Below, one piece after another: positions 60,865 to 64,000 of a stretch of 64,000 nt of DNA. The translations under genes and the position numbers were made by a program. The DNA comes from Polyangiaceae bacterium (GTDB lineage Bacteria; Myxococcota_A; Polyangia; Polyangiales; Polyangiaceae). The notes below the pieces were generated by a model. That model worked only from the letters and a program-made list of their open reading frames with translations. It had not been told where the DNA came from and ran no database searches. Location: assembly GCA_965222375.1 (NCBI GenBank), contig CBDCTZ010000005.1, forward strand, positions 480,001 through 544,000, read 5' to 3'. Numbering within the stretch: position 1 is the stretch's first letter; every line of letters starts with the position of its first letter.

Positions 60865-61854
60865 TCAGCGCCCGACGCCGGGACGGCGAAGCAGTGAATC
60901 CTCAGGCAAAATCGCGGGGTCCAAGGCGGGGGCCGGGCGCCTGTGAGGCGCTTGGCCCCCGCCGCTCGCCAGGACGAAGGCCTCGGCAGCGTGGTAGCTG
61001 GAGCGGACCAAGGGTCCGGAGGCCACGTAGGAGAAGCCCAGGTCGCGGCCCTGCCGAGCCCAGGCATCGAACTGCTCCGGGGACACATAGCGGTCGACGG
61101 CCACATGCTTGGGTGTCGGCCGCAAGTATTGGCCCAGGGTCACGATGTCGACACCGGCCTCGCGCAAGTCCGACAGGGCCTCGAGGACCTCGTCGTCTCG
61201 TTCCCCGATACCCACCATCAGCGAGCTCTTCACGTATCGATCCGGATACGCGGCTTTGGCATGCCGAAGGACGGCCAGGCTCTGGTCGTAGCTACAGCGC
61301 TGATCCCGAACCGTAGGCGTTAGCCGCCGCACCACCTCCAGGTTGTGGGCGAAAACCTCGGGCTGAGCTGCGAGCAGCGTGTCGATGTCTCGAGTGCGAC
61401 CCGAGAAATCGCCGACCAGGGTCTCCACGAGCAAGCTGGGGCTCTCACGATGGATCGCGCGCACCGTCGCTGCAACATGTGCGGCGCCGCCGTCGAGCAA
61501 GTCATCGCGGTCAACCATGGTGAGCACTACGTAGCGCAGCGCTAGCTTGCCAATGGCCTTGGCCACGTGGTCCGGCTCTCGGGGGTCGACTCCGCCCCGA
61601 GGATTGCCAGTTGTGACCGCACAGAAACGACAGCCACGGGTGCAGGTATGCCCGAGCACCATCACCGTGGCCGTACCCGCGCTCCAACATTCACCGACAT
61701 TGGGGCAGCGTGCCTCTTCGCACACCGTGCTCAGATCGAGGCCGCGTAGGGTGCGCTTCAGCTCTCCATAGCGTTGGCCACCAGGCGCGCGCACCTTGAG
61801 CCATGGCGGCTTCTTTTCGCGGCGTACGGGGGGCGGGCGCTCGTGAGTGGTCAC
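60865..61854 (-). CDS. lipA: Lipoyl synthase
   Basis: [50 protein letters not shown]. Confidence 0.97.
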   Translation of the reverse strand: MTTHERPPPVRREKKPPWLKVRAPGGQRYGELKRTLRGLDLSTVCEEARCPNVGECWSAGTATVMVLGHTCTRGCRFCAVTTGNPRGGVDPREPDHVAKAIGKLALRYVVLTMVDRDDLLDGGAAHVAATVRAIHRESPSLLVETLVGDFSGRTRDIDTLLAAQPEVFAHNLEVVRRLTPTVRDQRCSYDQSLAVLRHAKAAYPDRYVKSSLMVGIGERDDEVLEALSDLREAGVDIVTLGQYLRPTPKHVAVDRYVSPEQFDAWARQGRDLGFSYVASGPLVRSSYHAAEAFVLASGGGQAPHRRPAPALDPAILPEDSLLRRPGVGR

Positions 61855-61935
61855 TCCCTGGGAACATAGGCGCGGCGCTGGCCCTTGGCCAGGGAGGCGT
61901 CGAAAGTCCCGTGCCTACATGGCAGACTAGAACAC

Positions 61936-63177
61936 ATGCGAATCCTGTGGGCGGCGGTGTTGGTGGTCGGGACAGCAGCTTGTTCGAGTTCTGAACCGGA
62001 CCCCGCGGGGGCCGGTGCGAGTTCCAGGAGCGGCGGTGAGGCCGGAACCGCGGGCAGCGGCGCCATCGGGGCTGGGGGCAGCGCAGGGAGCCCCAATGGT
62101 GGCGCTAGTGGCGACGGGAGCGGCGGCGTGGCTGGCGACGGCAGTGGAGGCGTCGGCGGGGGCGGCTCGGGTGGGGGTGCAGGCACGTCAGTAGATGTCT
62201 TTCCCGGTGCAAGCTGGCAGCAGAAAGCGGCGCAAGCTGTCGGGTTAGACGCCACCAAGATCGACGCTTTCGTCAAGAATGTCGGCGGCGACGGCGTCCT
62301 GATCAAGGACGGATACTTGGTTCGTTCTTGGGGGAACGCCAGCAAGCGAGCGGACTGGGCCTCTGCCGCCAAGCCCGTTATTTCGACGATGCTCCTCTTC
62401 GCCGTGCATGAGGGCAAACTAGCGGGCGTCAACGCAAGCGTAGCGGCAACCGGCTATCCGCTGAATCAGAAAGACCAGAGTATGACCTTCAGCCACCTAG
62501 CTCACATGACGAGTGGCTATGCGCGCAAGGAGGCTCCCGGGAGCGCGTGGGCCTACAACGACTTCGCGATCCAGCTCTACGCCGAAGCCCTATTCGACAA
62601 GGTGTTCAAAGATGGGTCACCAGACAAAGCCGCGACGGGCGCAGCGCGACTTGAAGCCCTGGGCTTCGAGGACGGTGGGCTCTTCGGTTCCCGCGGCGGA
62701 TACGGCGTCAACGCCAGTCCTAGAGACTTCGCGAGAATCGGGTGGTTTTGGCTGAATAAGGGACGCTGGGCCACAGGCCCCTTGCTGCCGCAGGCTCTCT
62801 TCGACCAACATTGGAAGGCGTCCGTGCCTGCCGGCCTGCCCCGGAGTTCCAGCGCCACCAGCGACTATCTCGGGATCGGCAGCTTCGGCGGCGGCAGCGA
62901 TCAGACCGAGTTTGGTCCCGGGATCTACGGACTTAACGCTTGGTTCAACCAAACCGTCCCGAACCAGAGCAAGCGCGTTTGGCCCAACGCGCCACCCGAC
63001 ACATTCCAAGCCAACGGGCATTGGAACAAAGAAGTGGTCACCGTCATTCCGAGTCTTGGAATCGTGGTCGCCGCACGCGGCAAATGGGATTCGGGGCAGA
63101 ACGCGTTCAAGCCTGGGGACGCCACTTGGAAGATGAATACAAACCTGAAGCTGCTCGCCGACGCCGTGACCAAGTAG
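61936..63177 (+). CDS. Beta-lactamase-related serine hydrolase lipoprotein
   Basis: Lipobox TAAC; Gly linker; SAAK (SxxK); HL.HMTSG; PG..WAYND; RDFARIG..WLNKG.W. Confidence 0.85.
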   Translation: MRILWAAVLVVGTAACSSSEPDPAGAGASSRSGGEAGTAGSGAIGAGGSAGSPNGGASGDGSGGVAGDGSGGVGGGGSGGGAGTSVDVFPGASWQQKAAQAVGLDATKIDAFVKNVGGDGVLIKDGYLVRSWGNASKRADWASAAKPVISTMLLFAVHEGKLAGVNASVAATGYPLNQKDQSMTFSHLAHMTSGYARKEAPGSAWAYNDFAIQLYAEALFDKVFKDGSPDKAATGAARLEALGFEDGGLFGSRGGYGVNASPRDFARIGWFWLNKGRWATGPLLPQALFDQHWKASVPAGLPRSSSATSDYLGIGSFGGGSDQTEFGPGIYGLNAWFNQTVPNQSKRVWPNAPPDTFQANGHWNKEVVTVIPSLGIVVAARGKWDSGQNAFKPGDATWKMNTNLKLLADAVTK

Positions 63178-63180
63178 TGG

Positions 63181-64000
63181 TCAGGGCGCCAACGCCTGAA
63201 GCGCGCGCGCTCCAACGGGCTCGGCGACGCCGCGCTCCGTGAAAATCGCATTCACCCAGGCCGCAGGGGTCACATCGAAGGCCGGATTGTGGACGCCGGC
63301 GCTGTCCGGCACAATCCGCCGCTCGCCCAAGTGCGTCAGCTCCCGCGCGGCGCGCTCCTCGATTTCAATCTCAGCGCCGGTTGGACACGCCAAATCGACC
63401 GTGCTCCAAGGCGCAGCAACGAAGAAGGGGCGCTCATGCAACCTGCACAAGCCAGCTACGCCGTAGGTTCCGATCTTGTTCGCGACATCTCCGTTGGCGG
63501 CGATCCGGTCTGAACCCACCACGGCAAGGTCGACCCGCCCCTGAGCGAAGAAGCTCGCAGCCGCCGAATCGGCGATGACCGAAACCTGAATCCCATCCCG
63601 ACTGAGCTCCCAGGCAGTCAGGCGGGCCCCCTGGAAGTAGGGGCGAGTTTCACCGGCAATGACCTGGACGTTCTTGCCAGCGTCTCTTGCAGCGCGGATC
63701 ACGCCCAAGGCCGTTCCGTAACCACCGGTGGCGAGAGCGCCCGCATTGCAGTGGGTCAGGATGGTCGCGCCATCCGGAACCCGCTCCGCACCGAACTTCC
63801 CCATGGTGACACATGCCTCGACATCCTCGCGATGAATGACGCGTGCCGTCGCCGCGAGGGCGGCGACCCGATCCATCGCACTCATCGAGCTCACCTCGCG
63901 GCTGCGCGAGAGCATCCGGTCGACCGCCCACATCAGGTTCACTGCCGTGGGTCGGCTTTCGCGCAAACACCGGGCCGCGCGTGCCATCTCAGCCTCAAAG
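63181..64000 (-). CDS. mtnA: Methylthioribose-1-phosphate isomerase (5' end outside the window)
   Basis: [62 protein letters not shown]. Confidence 0.96.
   Translation of the reverse strand, partial: FEAEMARAARCLRESRPTAVNLMWAVDRMLSRSREVSSMSAMDRVAALAATARVIHREDVEACVTMGKFGAERVPDGATILTHCNAGALATGGYGTALGVIRAARDAGKNVQVIAGETRPYFQGARLTAWELSRDGIQVSVIADSAAASFFAQGRVDLAVVGSDRIAANGDVANKIGTYGVAGLCRLHERPFFVAAPWSTVDLACPTGAEIEIEERAARELTHLGERRIVPDSAGVHNPAFDVTPAAWVNAIFTERGVAEPVGARALQALAP

Overview
GC-rich bacterial chromosome segment. Gene content (many Gly-tethered Cys-rich lipoproteins, FHA proteins, a Hanks kinase with [15 protein letters not shown] proteins) points to Myxococcota, probably Polyangiales; this is inference. 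From 1 to about 17.8 kb the window is an envelope/secreted-protein region: a CAP lipoprotein, four tandem Cys-rich VWA (MIDAS) lipoproteins, Fe-SOD, a GMC oxidoreductase, PhoX, a METTL9/DREV-like methyltransferase and a phosphoesterase lipoprotein. From about 18.2 to 23.7 kb lies a decayed integrative element at tRNA-Leu(CAA), with duplicated tRNA 3' ends, inverted arm-type sites, a broken tyrosine integrase fused to an IS66 remnant, and LysR plus enoyl-CoA hydratase cargo. From 24 to 64 kb it is mostly core genome: dciA, three FHA genes, serC, purD, ddl, purA, hisZ, obgE, dnaB, rplI-rpsR-rpsF, pth, rplY, prs, a 2-oxo-acid dehydrogenase E1a/E1b/E2 cluster, lipA and mtnA. The best novelty candidates are the mosaic VWA lipoprotein array, an unassigned 174-nt multi-stem intergenic element (44328-44501), the bacterial METTL9-like enzyme and the layered att architecture at tRNA-Leu. 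No CRISPR array, rRNA or reverse transcriptase was seen. All calls are by eye from motifs; no searches were run.
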